This document shows positions 51,901 through 64,000 of a stretch of DNA of 64,000 nt, one piece after another. The notes under the pieces were generated by a model that worked only from the letters and a program-made list of their open reading frames with translations, was not told the origin of the DNA and searched no databases. Each line of letters begins with the position of its first letter. Position 1 is the stretch's first letter. The stretch spans positions 488,276 to 552,275 of the forward strand of contig JALDTO010000200.1 of the NCBI GenBank assembly GCA_023515725.1. The letters are read 5' to 3'. This DNA is from Amoeboaphelidium protococcarum X5. Its lineage: Eukaryota > Fungi > Aphelidiomycota. Made by a program: the position numbers and the translations under genes.

Positions 51901-53549
51901 CCAGATATGATCAAGTCTTTATACATTGAGATTATAAAACTGTTCCACATTCGCGCCAAATTATACAAATCATAACAATTCAGCAATTTAATGCGAATCT
52001 TCTCAAATATTGTAGACACATCACTCCATCCTACAAAACCATTCTTAACCGCCAGCCAAGCAGAATAGATGCTCATACCAAGCGTAAACATAATATATGT
52101 ATCTAGGAAGTAGAGAATAAAATTCAGGACCAAAATCATGGTCACTTGAAGATAGAGGTAGAACTAGCAGATCTCAGGATTATCAATCTCACATTCCTAT
52201 GAGTAAAGAATAGACTTTATAGGATCCCTTAATGGTTGAATTAGGTAAAACCAGCTGAATGTGAACTTTAATATGAATATATTCATCCAGAACAGGATTG
52301 ATGACCACTCATTCCGCTAAGCCTAAGGTTGCTTCCATGGATTTCTTTGAACTTTGCGCAAGAACGGCCAGATATCACAAACCGCAACAGTGCCAATTGA
52401 TATTACAACTTGAAATGCAATAATAGCATAAAGAGCATTGGCCGGTATGAATGGCAAAAAGACCAATATGGGTGGAATAACATTAACTGCAAAGAGACCT
52501 ATGGCTCGCAGCAAACCATTAGACCAACCATTAAGAGCCGATGAATGACGAGGAAAAAAGGATGCCTCCGCAAGTATAATCATTATTGATATGAGAGGAC
52601 AAACAGCGGTAGTTGATAATGTTAAAGCCATCTTTTGCAAAGAGCTCTCATCTTCATACAGGCTGACAAACATACCAACAGCCATCAGCAAAAAGCCAGC
52701 AGTGTGGACTTGCAATATCGGCGCATAATTGACAAAGACATGCATAAATGTTCTAGTTTCATAAAAAGTCTTTTTGAACACATGGCACCATTCAACTTAC
52801 AACAGCTAAGAATATCTATCTTACACCGGCTTGTCAAAGAAATTGCCATCTGTGCATTTTAAAGTATGCAGAAGTGTCTTTGATTAGAAGAACTCATTTA
52901 TATCATCAATTCCAAAGACTTTAGTATGAGGAAGCCCACGGTATAATAAAGTACCATCAACTGATTTCTCGTAGTTTTAAGACCATAAAAAGTCATACAG
53001 AGGCACGACAACGTTATCCAAGAAATGACCTTCATCACGCGTCACAGAAGCACACAGATCATTCAGTGCACAGTGGAAGATGAAACATAACAGCTCTGGA
53101 ATGAACCTCAAATTGGCAGCCTCAGCCCAGATCATCAAGTATAGTAAGCAACCTTAAGCCTATCTCTGTACTGTATCTGCAGAAAAAGAATCTTCAATAT
53201 CATGATACTTACACCACATTTTGTATGAAGACTTGAGACCCACCAATTCACTGTGGACTATTAGCGCGCATTACTCGACTGATTAACATCTACCAAGACG
53301 ACTGTCAAGCATTGAAAGAAAAAGCTGTTTCACATTCTCAATGCTGTCTCGCTGAAACCCGAAATGCAACTACAGCTCAGCCGCCAACTCTCCCACCATC
53401 TCTGAAACATCGTCGTCAATTGTTATGGAGGCTTCTTCGATCACATTCTCGACTTCTTCAGTTTCCCAGTCATTAGGCAGACTACTGAGCTGTGCAAAAT
53501 TTGTGCTCTCGCCCAGTTCATACCTAGATTTTCTAACTTGACCAAACAT
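48966..53549 (-). CDS. FKS1: 1,3-beta-glucan synthase (GT48, FKS), divergent (1527 aa, intronless)
   Basis: [40 protein letters not shown]...[59 protein letters not shown]. Confidence 0.95.
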
Positions 53550-54175
53550 TTTTTCCTCTTTATTGAAGTATACGGTAGAGTATGTTACACTTGCAATGGA
53601 AGTAAAAGAATCAAGTCATCTCATCATTGGATGGCAAGATATCCATCAGTAGTACCCATCATTCTGATCCTACAGTCATTGATAATTTGATCTGATAAAA
53701 TATTATGGAGATCATATCACAAAATTCCGGGCCAATAAAAGAGTTCTTGAAACAAAGTAAGTGAAGACTTCATAGATAGCGAAAGAGAACCGAATTTAGC
53801 GGCAAAGAACCGAAAAAGTAGTAAAGGCATTAAAAAGATGTCAGTACGCGAAGTACTCATAACAGTACTAAAATTAATATTGAAATGTTTGACAAAAAAA
53901 ATGCATACCGCACATATCCAAAATCCATATGTCGTGATTAAATTATTTAACCAAATCTACGTTATAATAAATTTACAATGTGACCAGCATTGTTTAGCAT
54001 ATACGCTACATGTTCACCACTAGTGCAATTGCTAATTTTCATTTTTGCATTTGATCAGTTCATCGCGCTAAGGTTGATTCGACCGAAGTGTTAATTCTTT
54101 CGCGTAATTTCATTACAGCTAAGCTCCATCAAATTTTCAAAGTGTGCAGAAAGGAAACATAAATATAACACAAAT

Positions 54176-54616
54176 ATGCCATCAGCAAGCGTAAAAGACG
54201 TGTGCCCATAGAAATTTGTTAAGGCTTATGCCGAGTATTTGAAGCGTTCCGGTAAGCTGGAGGTTCCAAAGTGGGTGGATTTGGTAAAGACTGGTATTCA
54301 CAAAGAGTTGGCTCCACAGGATCCAGATTGGTACTATCATCGCGTCGCAGCTGTTGCGCGTTAGGTGTACGTTAGAAAAGGTTGGGGTGTCGGTGGACTC
54401 CGCAGAAAGCTCGGCGGTGCTAAGAACAATGGAAACAGACCATCACATCACGCTCACGGCTCTGGATCAGTTATCCGTAACGCCATGCAGTCTTTGGAGA
54501 AGATCAAGGTTCTGGAGAAGGACGAGAATGGTGGAAGAAGAATCAGCCAGGTTGGTCAATAGGAATTGGACCGTATTGCCCACCAAGTGTATGAATTGAC
54601 TCACTAATAGTAGTGA
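54176..54616 (+). CDS. RPS19: 40S ribosomal protein S19 (eS19)
   Basis: SVKDV...[28 protein letters not shown]...[14 protein letters not shown]...[17 protein letters not shown]; ends CAC TAA TAG TAG TGA. Confidence 0.98.
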
Positions 54617-54658
54617 TTTTCATTTGATCATCGATTGATATCATTATTAAATACAGTA

Positions 54659-57600
54659 TCATTGAAAACAGACGCCGTAATCCTTTTGGCATCCTACCTG
54701 GCAATGTTCAGCGGTGGATCCGCACCAGCCAAACTTTGAACAACAGAAGCCTTGCTTGCATTTCTTCTTGTGACCATCCAGCAATCCGCACTTTCCGTCA
54801 GAGGACACGTCAGAGTCCAAATCGTTACACAGGCCGTAATTTGACTGACAACCCACACCGCAGTAGGCCTCAGTACGCCCACAATACCCATACTGAGAGC
54901 AACACAAATTTTCAGGGCATTTCAATTCATTGCCATTTATCAATCCACACCCACCAGCAGGAATTCCATTGGATGGAGCAGGGATATCAGTCAAAGTAGC
55001 AATTGGTTGGGTGGATGTCACAGTAGTTGGAATCACCACAGGCTGACTTGTAGTAATTGGAATTGCAAAGGTTGGAGTTCCAATTGTAGTGAATAGCGGC
55101 GGACGGACAATAGGAGGAGCAGGAGGGGGAGGAATTGGAGAGTCATTAGATTGCACAGCATACGATAATGGATTCGCAGACAGCCAGACCCCATCTGAGA
55201 AGCGCACAATTTTCACAGAGGAAGATGGGTTGTAAGCAATGTAAACTCCATTAGAAAATGCCAATCCAAACGGACTGTCGGACGTGATCTGGTCAGATAA
55301 TTGACCTGCCAGCTAATTGGCCAGCAAGAAGTACTACGTGTGAACGGTAGAGGCTCCCTATTCCATAGGGTAAGTCGGATTCTGGGACAAACTGGCAATC
55401 GCAGCATCGGGATTGAACATTGACTACCAAGTCCAAATAACATCTTGCCACTGCTGCAAGCCATTACTACCCTGGTTATCAGTCATTTACTTCAGTAGCT
55501 TCTCGTAGACATTGCGATGGCGCGCCAAATAGAATGACTATGCACTTACAGGCAGTAAGTTGATACCCAGTAGAAACTCTGGTAATGGAGGGCCAAAGAA
55601 TATTTCATAACTGCCACCATCATCCCAGACCAGTGCACAAAATGGAACGTCATAACCAGTGGTGGTTGAATCGAATATAACATCGGTCGAGGTGGATTCT
55701 TTGATCTGGTCGGTGATGTTATACAGCTGGTACAAACCAAAAGAATTGCCCATAACAGACAGAGTTCCATTGGCTGAGACTGAGTCCAATGGCAATCCTA
55801 CAGCGTTATAATAGCCATCGATGAAATTAACAGAGGTACGCGGAAACACGTTTCCATAGGTATCAAACCAGAAGTAATCGATGGCATTGGATTCAACAGC
55901 GTGCATATAGATACCCAAATCTCTGACTATTTGATTTCCAACCAGCTCTCCCCATAGTATCAAAGCAGAATTAAAGTTCATCGCCTCACTTGAGGATTCC
56001 TAGTTATTGCCACTGTAAAAGTAACCATGACCAGACGCGTAGTGATGTCCGACATAGTGATCAAATTGACGATTGCGAGGGAATCTCTTGTCACTAATGT
56101 CGTAGTTCGCTGCTTCACGAATGATCAAATCAATGATATCCTTCCATTGTAAAGCCCATTGCAGATCGACAGTGCCAACTAATGCTGCAGCTTTGATGAT
56201 ATACCCGTAATGGAAGTGGTGATCATTCAGCTCTGTATCAGAACCGAAAGAAGCAGGCTGGCCAATCAAGGCTTTAGCATTGGTATCATAGTAGAAATAA
56301 GCCTAACCATCGACCGTAAAGAAATCCTCCAGCACATCTTTCACCATATTCAGAAGAATACGAACTTCGTCGTCCATTTCCAGCTGTTGGGCGATCAACA
56401 TGACATTAGCCACTTTACATAACGCCTTCCCAGTAAAATAAGTGTCAGTAATCGGGATCAGCTCAGATTGAGACTTGCTTGCAAAATCAGACACCATATC
56501 AGCAATGTCACCCTCGGTATCTGAGCTTTGTAGCAGATTCGGCATGATAGGCAAAATAGGTGTATATTTCACAGAGTATTGCAGCACTGATGTCTGAAAG
56601 CATGACAGTGCTCCACGAGTAGTTTAATACTGCAATTACAGCTATTTTGCTAAGGTATCCTGACTCGCCTGATCAGAGATTGATGGCGGAACGCAGATAA
56701 TGAAGTTATCATTGTCAGATGATGTATAATCAAACTTGACATTCACTACATTCGACGCTTAAACATACTCGTAAGATACAGAGCTTGCCTTCACAACAGA
56801 ATTGGCAGCCGAACGCAGAAATCCAACACTTGTTTCAACGGACAATGAAGTTGGTGCAATTGATAACTTGGACTTCAAAGGACCAGAGAAGGTGATAACA
56901 GCTTACGGTGCCCCAGCGCTACTGAATCCATTCTCCACTGTAGGCGACACATCACCATCAAAATTCAGATAGAAACTGTGTAGAATATCAGGGCCACGAT
57001 ATGTCTGAATAGATATTAACAGCTCACCAACATTGTTAAAAATTGTCTTTGCAGATCCTTGAGTAACCAGCTGCAACTTCTGCGTCGTGTCAAACTGATA
57101 CACATGAAAAAATGGAAGACCACGACCCAACACCACACGCAAAGCTACATTCCCAGCATTGTCTTGCCACACAAAAGACGCAGTCAGATCATCATAATCT
57201 TCCAGGAGGACTTGATATTGAGATGGCTTCTCATACTGCAGCTTAAAATCAAACGGATCAAAAGTGTTCTTGTAAGCCTTCAAGTACGAGAAATCCGTGT
57301 GAGCAATGACGACTGTTTCAGAAACTTGTGAAACGGACAAACCAGAGGGAGTTGCACGAAAGGCCAATGGATACGCGTATATTGGCAGTGAGGATTGAGC
57401 ATCATTCAGACATCTTCTCCAAACCAATGAACCGTACCATTGATGAGTTGGTATTGGTTCATCACGTTGAGTGACAAAGAACTCTGCAGGAACGGTTCTT
57501 TAGTCTTGCACTGAGCAGTCTGAGATGGAAGACGCGCCTTTATTACCTTTGCCAGCAGGGATTGACGCGTAGTAAGAGCCAGGACCAATGTTAATGACTT

Positions 57601-57670
57601 CTTGTGCCAGTAGAACACGTACATGAGTGATTATTGTTGCTAGATACACAAAGAACTTGATGAACTTCAT
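54659..57670 (-). CDS. Secreted GH81 endo-1,3-beta-glucanase with P/T linker and two CBM18 (hevein) domains (1003 aa)
   Basis: Signal peptide; PIPTHQW; FGSDTELNDHHFHYGY; SGNNQESSSEAMNF (Q=TAG); CPENLCCSQYGYCG and CKQGFCCSKFGWCG. Confidence 0.93.
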
Positions 57671-57741
57671 GTTTTTATCTTGCAGACGATAGTTGTGCTT
57701 GGCAATAATACCTTTGTGAAACTAAAAGAGGAGGAGACAAC

Positions 57742-59147
57742 ATGAAACCATATTACAGTTTCAGAACGGCGTTTCTGGTCTTCAGTGGCTTAATTGCTGT
57801 GATTCACACAGTCTAGAACGTTGTAAATGCCAAGGTCCCTCTGCCTTACATGGTACATGTGTCCCTTCAGTGAGTTTAAATGATGATCTGTGGATGTGTA
57901 GGATGAAATATTCCATGTTCAATAGACGTAACAATTCTGCAAGGGGAATTTCATTGACTGGGATGGCAAGATAACTACTCCACCAGGCTTGTAAGTATTA
58001 TTAATTTAAGTTGATCAATTTCATCAAAGGTTTGAGTAGGTATTACGCGAGTGTGTTTCTTAAATGGTTGGCGGCGTTACCTGGTGACAATAGTATTGAA
58101 TGTTCACTTATCTTCCTTAGAGCTATTAATATTGTATATACTTCATTACTTTACTGGTCATCGCTGCTCTATACTAAAGATTCATGGGCGGCATTGAATA
58201 TTTGCCTCGTTCCGTGGCTGTTCTTTTTCAACTTTCTGTACTATACTGATGTGGCGTCCACTGGGTTAATTGTTTTTGCAATGTATTAAGCCAAGACGCG
58301 ATCATACATCGTAAGCTCTGCTGCTATAGCATGTTCTCTGATGGTAAGGTAAACCAATATTGCCTGGTGTTTGTTTATCGCAGGCGTGTCAGCTTTTGAT
58401 TTACTCAGGAATGGAACCTGGGTCCACTTAACGATAGTTGATTTCATTGTGAGCTTATTGTCTAATGCGCTGGCGCTATTCCAACGCTTATGGTCTTTTG
58501 TTGCCCTATGTATTGGTTTCTTGGTGTTTGCGATCACAAATGGCGGTGTTGCTTTGGGTGACAAGTAGAATCATGTTGTTAGCTTTCACATCAACCAACT
58601 CATGTATTTTGCGTTGCTGTCTATCGCTCTTCTGTCTGTATCTCTCAAATGGGTGTGTGCGTTTCAAGTATTTTAAAAATGCGTTCGGAGTCCTTTTTGG
58701 TTTGCAACACAGGTAATTATGGTGATGCTCGCCATTCACTATCTCAGCATTGATCATCCGTTCCTCCTCAGTGATAACAGACATTTATCATTCTATGTGT
58801 GGAAAGTGTTGAGACTGAATCCAATGTTAAAGTATCTATTAGCTGTTCCGTATGTACTAAGCTTACGAACTTAAACTGCGATTATGATCACTGAAACAAG
58901 TCTGATCTGGACTTGCATTTTCTGGTTAGCATCGACGATCGCTTTAGTACCTTCACCCCTGTTTGAGTTTCGCTACTTTATAACACCATTTGTAATTATG
59001 AGACTAAATCTCAAGCTGGGAAATGCTGCAAAGTTAATGGAAACTATCTCATACGCGTTGATTAACTTTGCCGTGTTGAGGCTGTTTCTAACGCGGACAT
59101 TCTAATGGGACAGCGAGCCTGGCGTCGATTAGAGAATAATGTGGTGA
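57742..59147 (+). CDS. ALG10: Alpha-1,2-glucosyltransferase Alg10/Die2; 2 introns
   Basis: VPLPYM|DEIFHVQQTQQFC...WDGKITTPPGL; FLYYTDVAS; RQTNIAW; NGGVALGDK; HPFLLSDNRH; LFEFRYF; QRIMW. Confidence 0.95.
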
Positions 59148-59425
59148 TTACTAAGCACAATATAATTGACTCCATTGAAGATAAAGTAATCATGAATAAG
59201 ATTGTGTAATTTTATGATTTGATTACGACAACTTACCAAATTTCATACGGCTACAGCCAGCCACAAAGATTTAAGAGATTGAGTGTGGCGCTGATTGTTG
59301 TTGACGAAAATTTTCATTCACTCCGCGTTTCGCTTCCCTCTTACTAATCACCACTCACTCCGCAAGTGCATCATTGAACTTTAGATCTTCTCCGTATACA
59401 GCGTAGATCTTGAACTGAATACAAT

Positions 59426-62311
59426 ATGCGTTTCGCTCTGTCTATTGGGTGTTTAGTTGCACCGCTTGTGTGCTGCAATGTCATCATGCAGAATCCGCTC
59501 GCTGAACTGGCTTCTGCTAGCTCCTCCAACCGGAAAGACGTGGACATGCTAAATGGTGCGTGTAATGTCTAGCCACATTAACGCTCTGACTGTGGCTACC
59601 TGGGAACTACTAAAGAAGAATGTGAACGTAATGGCTGCTGCTGGTCTCCTGTCTACACTTAGGCAATGGCTCCCTGGTGCTTCCACAAGGCTCAATCTGG
59701 CTCCTGTAAAGGTTACCGCGTTGCCAATGTTGAGAAGAAGTTGGTGGACTCACATCTGAAGATTGAAGCTGATCTGACTCTGATTAGGGAGTGTGGCATG
59801 TTTGACCGTGATATTCGTAATCTGAAATTGCAAGTTTGGTATGAGACTGATACTCGTGTCCATTTCAAGATAACCGATGCTGATAGTCAGCGCTTTGAAG
59901 TTCCTGAGTATTTATTCAAGCGCCCACTACCATCAAAGTTCACCGTGGATGAAGAAGAAGCTGCTTACAAGGTTGAGGTGGTGAATGATCCGTTCTCGAT
60001 CAAGGTGGTGAGAAAGTCCGATCAAGTCGTACTGTTCGACACTGCTGGGCCTGCTAATGATCAGAATACCGTGATTAACCCTCTAATCTACGAGGATAAG
60101 TATTTGGAGCTATCTACTCAAGTGCCTGAGAATGCTCATATCTTTGGTCTGGGTGAAGTGGTGCACTCTTTTAGACGCGACAACTTGAACACCAGATAAA
60201 CTTTATGGGCTCGTGATGCTGCGACTCCAGTTGATTAGAACATCTATGGTTCACATCCGTTCTATATGGAAGTGCGCGGTGGTAAGGCACATGGTGTGTT
60301 CTTGTTGAATGCCAATGGTATGGATATCTTATTGCGTTCTCGTGCTCTGACTTACAAGATCATTGGTGGTGTCTTGGACTTTTACATTTTCACTGGCCCA
60401 ACACCTGCTGATGTTGTGTATTAGTACTATGAAGTGATTGGCAATCCTCTGATGATTCCATATTGGTCTCTGGGATTCCATTAGTGCAGATTTGGTTACA
60501 AGAATCTGGATGAAGTGAAGGAGGTGGTGAGAAGATACCGTGAAGCATCCATCCCTCTGGAGACCATGTGGACTGACATTGACTACATGGATCAGTACAA
60601 GGACTTTACTCTGGATCCGCGTAATTATCCTGTGGATAAGGTGAAGAAATTTGTGGCTGATCTTCATGCTGAGCATCAGAAATATGTCTTGATACTGGAT
60701 CCTGCCATTAAGGTTGAACCTGGACATGCTCCATTTGATGAAGGTATGGCTAAAGATTTGTTCATCAAGCGCGCTGATGGTAATCTGCTAGTTGGTAAAG
60801 TCTGGCCCGGTCCTACTGCTTTCCCTGATTTCAATAATCCGAATACTCAGGAATGGTGGACCAAGTGGATTAGGAAGTTTATGCAAGATGTTGATCTGGA
60901 TGGTTGGTGGATCGACATGAATGAGCCGGCCAACTTCTGTCACACTCAGGATGGTCCTTGCGATGATGTTCTTATGCTGGCTGACCGCGGTGAGGCTACT
61001 GATGCTTTGGATCATGGCAGTGACGACTAATTGGTTTTCAAGAAGGCGTCTGTGTAGATTGAGGATGCTGCCAATCCATCTTATAAGATTGGTAATGGTG
61101 GAGATAGCAACATGCCATTGACTTTCAAGACTGTGGCACCTGATGCAAGACATTACAACAACACTTTGCACTACAATTTGCACAACTTGTACGGCCACTC
61201 TGAGGCTATTATGACCAGAAATGCTCTGTTGGATATCAAGCCTGGTAAGAGAACGTTTGTATTGTCCAGATCTACTTTTGCTTCCACTGGTAGACACGCC
61301 GGTCATTGGACTGGTGATAATTTCTCTACATGGGAACATTTATTCTTGTCCATCCCTGCCGTCCTTTCTTTCCAATTGTTTGGTATTCCTTACGTTGGTG
61401 CTGATATCTGTGGCTTTGTGGGAGACACTACGGAAGAGCTTTGTGCACGTTGGATGTCGCTGGGTGCATTCTATCCGTTCTCTCGTAACCACAATACTCG
61501 TGGAGTACGCGCTCAGGAACCTTATCTGTGGGATAGTGTGGCCGCTGCTTCACGCAAAGCTTTAGGTGTGCGTTATCAATTGCTGCCTTACTACTACACT
61601 CTATTCTATGAGGCTTCCTAGTTCGGAGCAACTGTATTGCGCCCGCTTTTCTTTGAGTTCCCTCAAGACGAATAGTTGATGTACTTTGACCGTCAGTTCC
61701 TGGTTGGTTCAGCGATTATGGTCACTCCAGTTTTGGATCAAGGTAAAGACCATGTATATGGTTATTTCCCTGCTGGTCGCTGGTATGATTGGTACAGTAA
61801 GCGTAAAGTGGTTGATCTGCCAGCTGGTTAGAAGGAAGGCTAGTGGCTGAAGTTGAATGCTCCAATTGATCATGTGAATGTTCATATCCGCGGCGGTCAC
61901 ATTATACCACTGCAGATTCCTGGTTATACTACGCATGAGTCTCGCTTGAACAATTTTGAGTTGATTGTAGCATTGGATCAATCTAATAAGGCATACGGTA
62001 GCTTGTACCTGGATGATGGAGAGAGCGAGCCTTTGAAGAATTTGGACAATACCTTTGCCAACTTCCGCGTTGAGAACAAGAATGGCAAATCCTTCTCTCT
62101 GATTGCTGATGGTCAATTCAACTATAACGCCTTTGGTAGATTGGATAAGCTGTATGTCTTGGGATTGAGTCAACGTCCATCTCAAGTTTTGTTGAACAGC
62201 GAGAAGATTGAGGAGCAAAACTTTGTCTGGAATGGAGAGACTCAGGAATTGGTAATCAGCCATTTATCCATCAAGTTGGACCGCGCTTTTACAGTCCAGT
62301 GGGAGTTGTGA
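59426..62311 (+). CDS. GH31 alpha-glucosidase with N-terminal trefoil domain (lysosomal GAA-like, 961 aa)
   Basis: Trefoil CNV...RSDCGY...CERNGCCW...PWCF; YGSHPFY; WTDIDYMD; WIDMNEP nucleophile; HWTGDN; GADICGF; [11 protein letters not shown]. Confidence 0.96.
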
Positions 62312-62449
62312 AGATTTTGAGTATTGTAATTAAGTATTTTATAGGAAATGTGTGGAGGTATGTGAAAGACATTAATAAGATTGTGGCCTGAAATAGTATA
62401 CGATACTGTGCAATTATATTATTGTTTTGAAGAATACAGTACTAATAAA

Positions 62450-64000
62450 TCAAGCATATTCTTAATTATTGTTGTTGTATTATGATAAAGGAAGCGATTT
62501 AGATGCGCCAATACCTTTGCCTTTCTTGTAGATTTGAGGCTCAAATGCCAGCTTTACTCCTTATCCATTTTTGCCAAGACCGCCAGTGCCACTCCATCCA
62601 ATCTTCTTCAGCAACTATTCACCAGCATTCGCACCTTAATCACTTGAATTATCATTGACTTGGCCATCAAACTTCTCTAGTGTATCACTAAGGAAATCCT
62701 TCGTATCATGTACCTCTTGTGAAGATTGACCCCGGATACTTTCATACGCTCCCCATGAAGAATAAGATGATGCATCAGACTATCTCTTTTATTTTTTGAT
62801 ACCCCACTGTCGACTAATTTAGAATTCAGCTTAGTGGTTCGTCATCTACTAGCTTTATTTTCGCTTTATTATTGTTTAGCTCTACTCCTGCCTTTACGGT
62901 TATAACTATTACTTTGGCTATGTAGAGAACTAACTGAACATTAACGCAGCCTGTTCATGATGATACTTTTACAAATCACTGACAAATTACTAAAATCTTT
63001 AGTTATGACAAGCAGAATCTCTGAGGTGAACTTCAAGATGTAGACGCGTTTAGAATCGGCGCTAACACAACACACACCCAAGATTACTCCAATTCACAAA
63101 TTGATCAACAGCAGGTAAAATAACAGCCAAATCCCCTTGAGAATTTTAATCTCCATTTTGTATTTAAATGGATTGAGACGATGATAATTAATCGAATTCC
63201 TGAGTTGTTGATGATCCTTAATTTGCCGCCAGTGATTCTAAAAACTGCTCGACATCTGCTTAATCGCTATTGTCCTCATACTCATACTCTGAAGCTTATA
63301 GCCCATCACCTCTAGCGCTACCTTCTTTAACTAATTCTTGTTATTAGCCTTAAGCTATCATCTAATCAGTAGAGATTTCTAACTTTTTAATGTAATACCT
63401 ATCACCGCAGTACTCAAAGCTATTATCTTGACTATTATTTTACTCAGTGACAAAACGATTAAATAAAGACTCAGCTAAATCCTCTTCAGCATGATAATAA
63501 CATTATAAAGGTAATACTTCACTAATGTGCAACTCAAAGTCACTACAAGATACTATATCGTTAAGGAACAAGTAATAAATATGACATCCTTCGACACTAA
63601 GCACCGCCTTGACTTTAAATGTACGCGCGTAGTATTCAAAATCAGACTCTTCCTATGATGATTATGATCCACTCAATTACAGCGCGATACAATGTCGAGA
63701 ATTGGGACGGCTTTATACATCTACAAGTCCCTCTAATATAACCTGTCCATCTACCGCATCATCTTAATCAACCAGATCACTCATTAAATCAATCTGCAAC
63801 CACTAACCTCCCAGCTTGAACCTACGATACGTTTATTGGTGGAATTATAACGCGGTGGACTCGGTACAAAACTTTAGTCTCAGACTCCTCTTTAATGTGT
63901 ATTGATTGCTATCTCCTACAGCGGTACTATGCTTTAACTAAGTACTCTAATTATAGCTTATATCTTCCCGGAACTGACACAAATATTGCATCTTCTCGAT
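62450..64000 (-). CDS. RBM5/RBM10-like protein (RRM-like segment, C2H2 finger, G-patch); 5' end outside window
   Basis: VNWSNLGCVLCQRRFQTRLHLEVHLRDSACH; G-patch NAGEQLLKKIGWSGTGGLGKNGQG...KGKGIGA; frame open to the window edge. Confidence 0.75.

Noticed and set aside
1-64000. Mass pseudogenisation or poor sequence quality as the cause of in-frame stops
   Set aside because: Interruptions are only TAA/TAG, fall at conserved Gln sites and occur in essential genes without frameshifts.
1-64000. CRISPR arrays, tRNA, rRNA or autonomous transposase genes
   Set aside because: None recognised by eye; a tRNAscan/Infernal run would be needed to exclude small RNAs.

Overview
A compact eukaryotic nuclear genome segment with about 40 tightly packed genes and short (about 38-80 nt) GT-AG introns. 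It uses a non-standard code: TAA and TAG read as Gln and TGA is the terminator of every gene whose end I could place. The supplied standard-code ORF track is therefore fragmented, and I re-read genes by hand with TAR=Gln. The gene set mixes fungal traits (FKS beta-1,3-glucan synthase, hevein domains) with phagotroph/amoeboid traits (WAVE subunit BRK1, BORCS7-like, trefoil-GH31). Together with the code this fits an aphelid such as Amoeboaphelidium protococcarum (inference). The main finding is a Fanzor2/TnpB-family RNA-guided nuclease gene hidden from the ORF track (20934-23197, minus). It has an intact rearranged RuvC triad, a frame-restoring 38-nt candidate intron, a zinc finger without cysteine pairs, a K19 tract, no adjacent transposase, and a downstream pseudoknot-forming omegaRNA candidate. 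Other notable genes: a Kelch/coiled-coil/polyproline/WH2 protein, a PD-(D/E)XK nuclease, a bacterial-type GH81 with two hevein domains near FKS, a MYST acetyltransferase with both double-PHD and C2HC fingers, and a surface protein with a CSPG-like repeat. All family calls come from motif recognition, not database searches.
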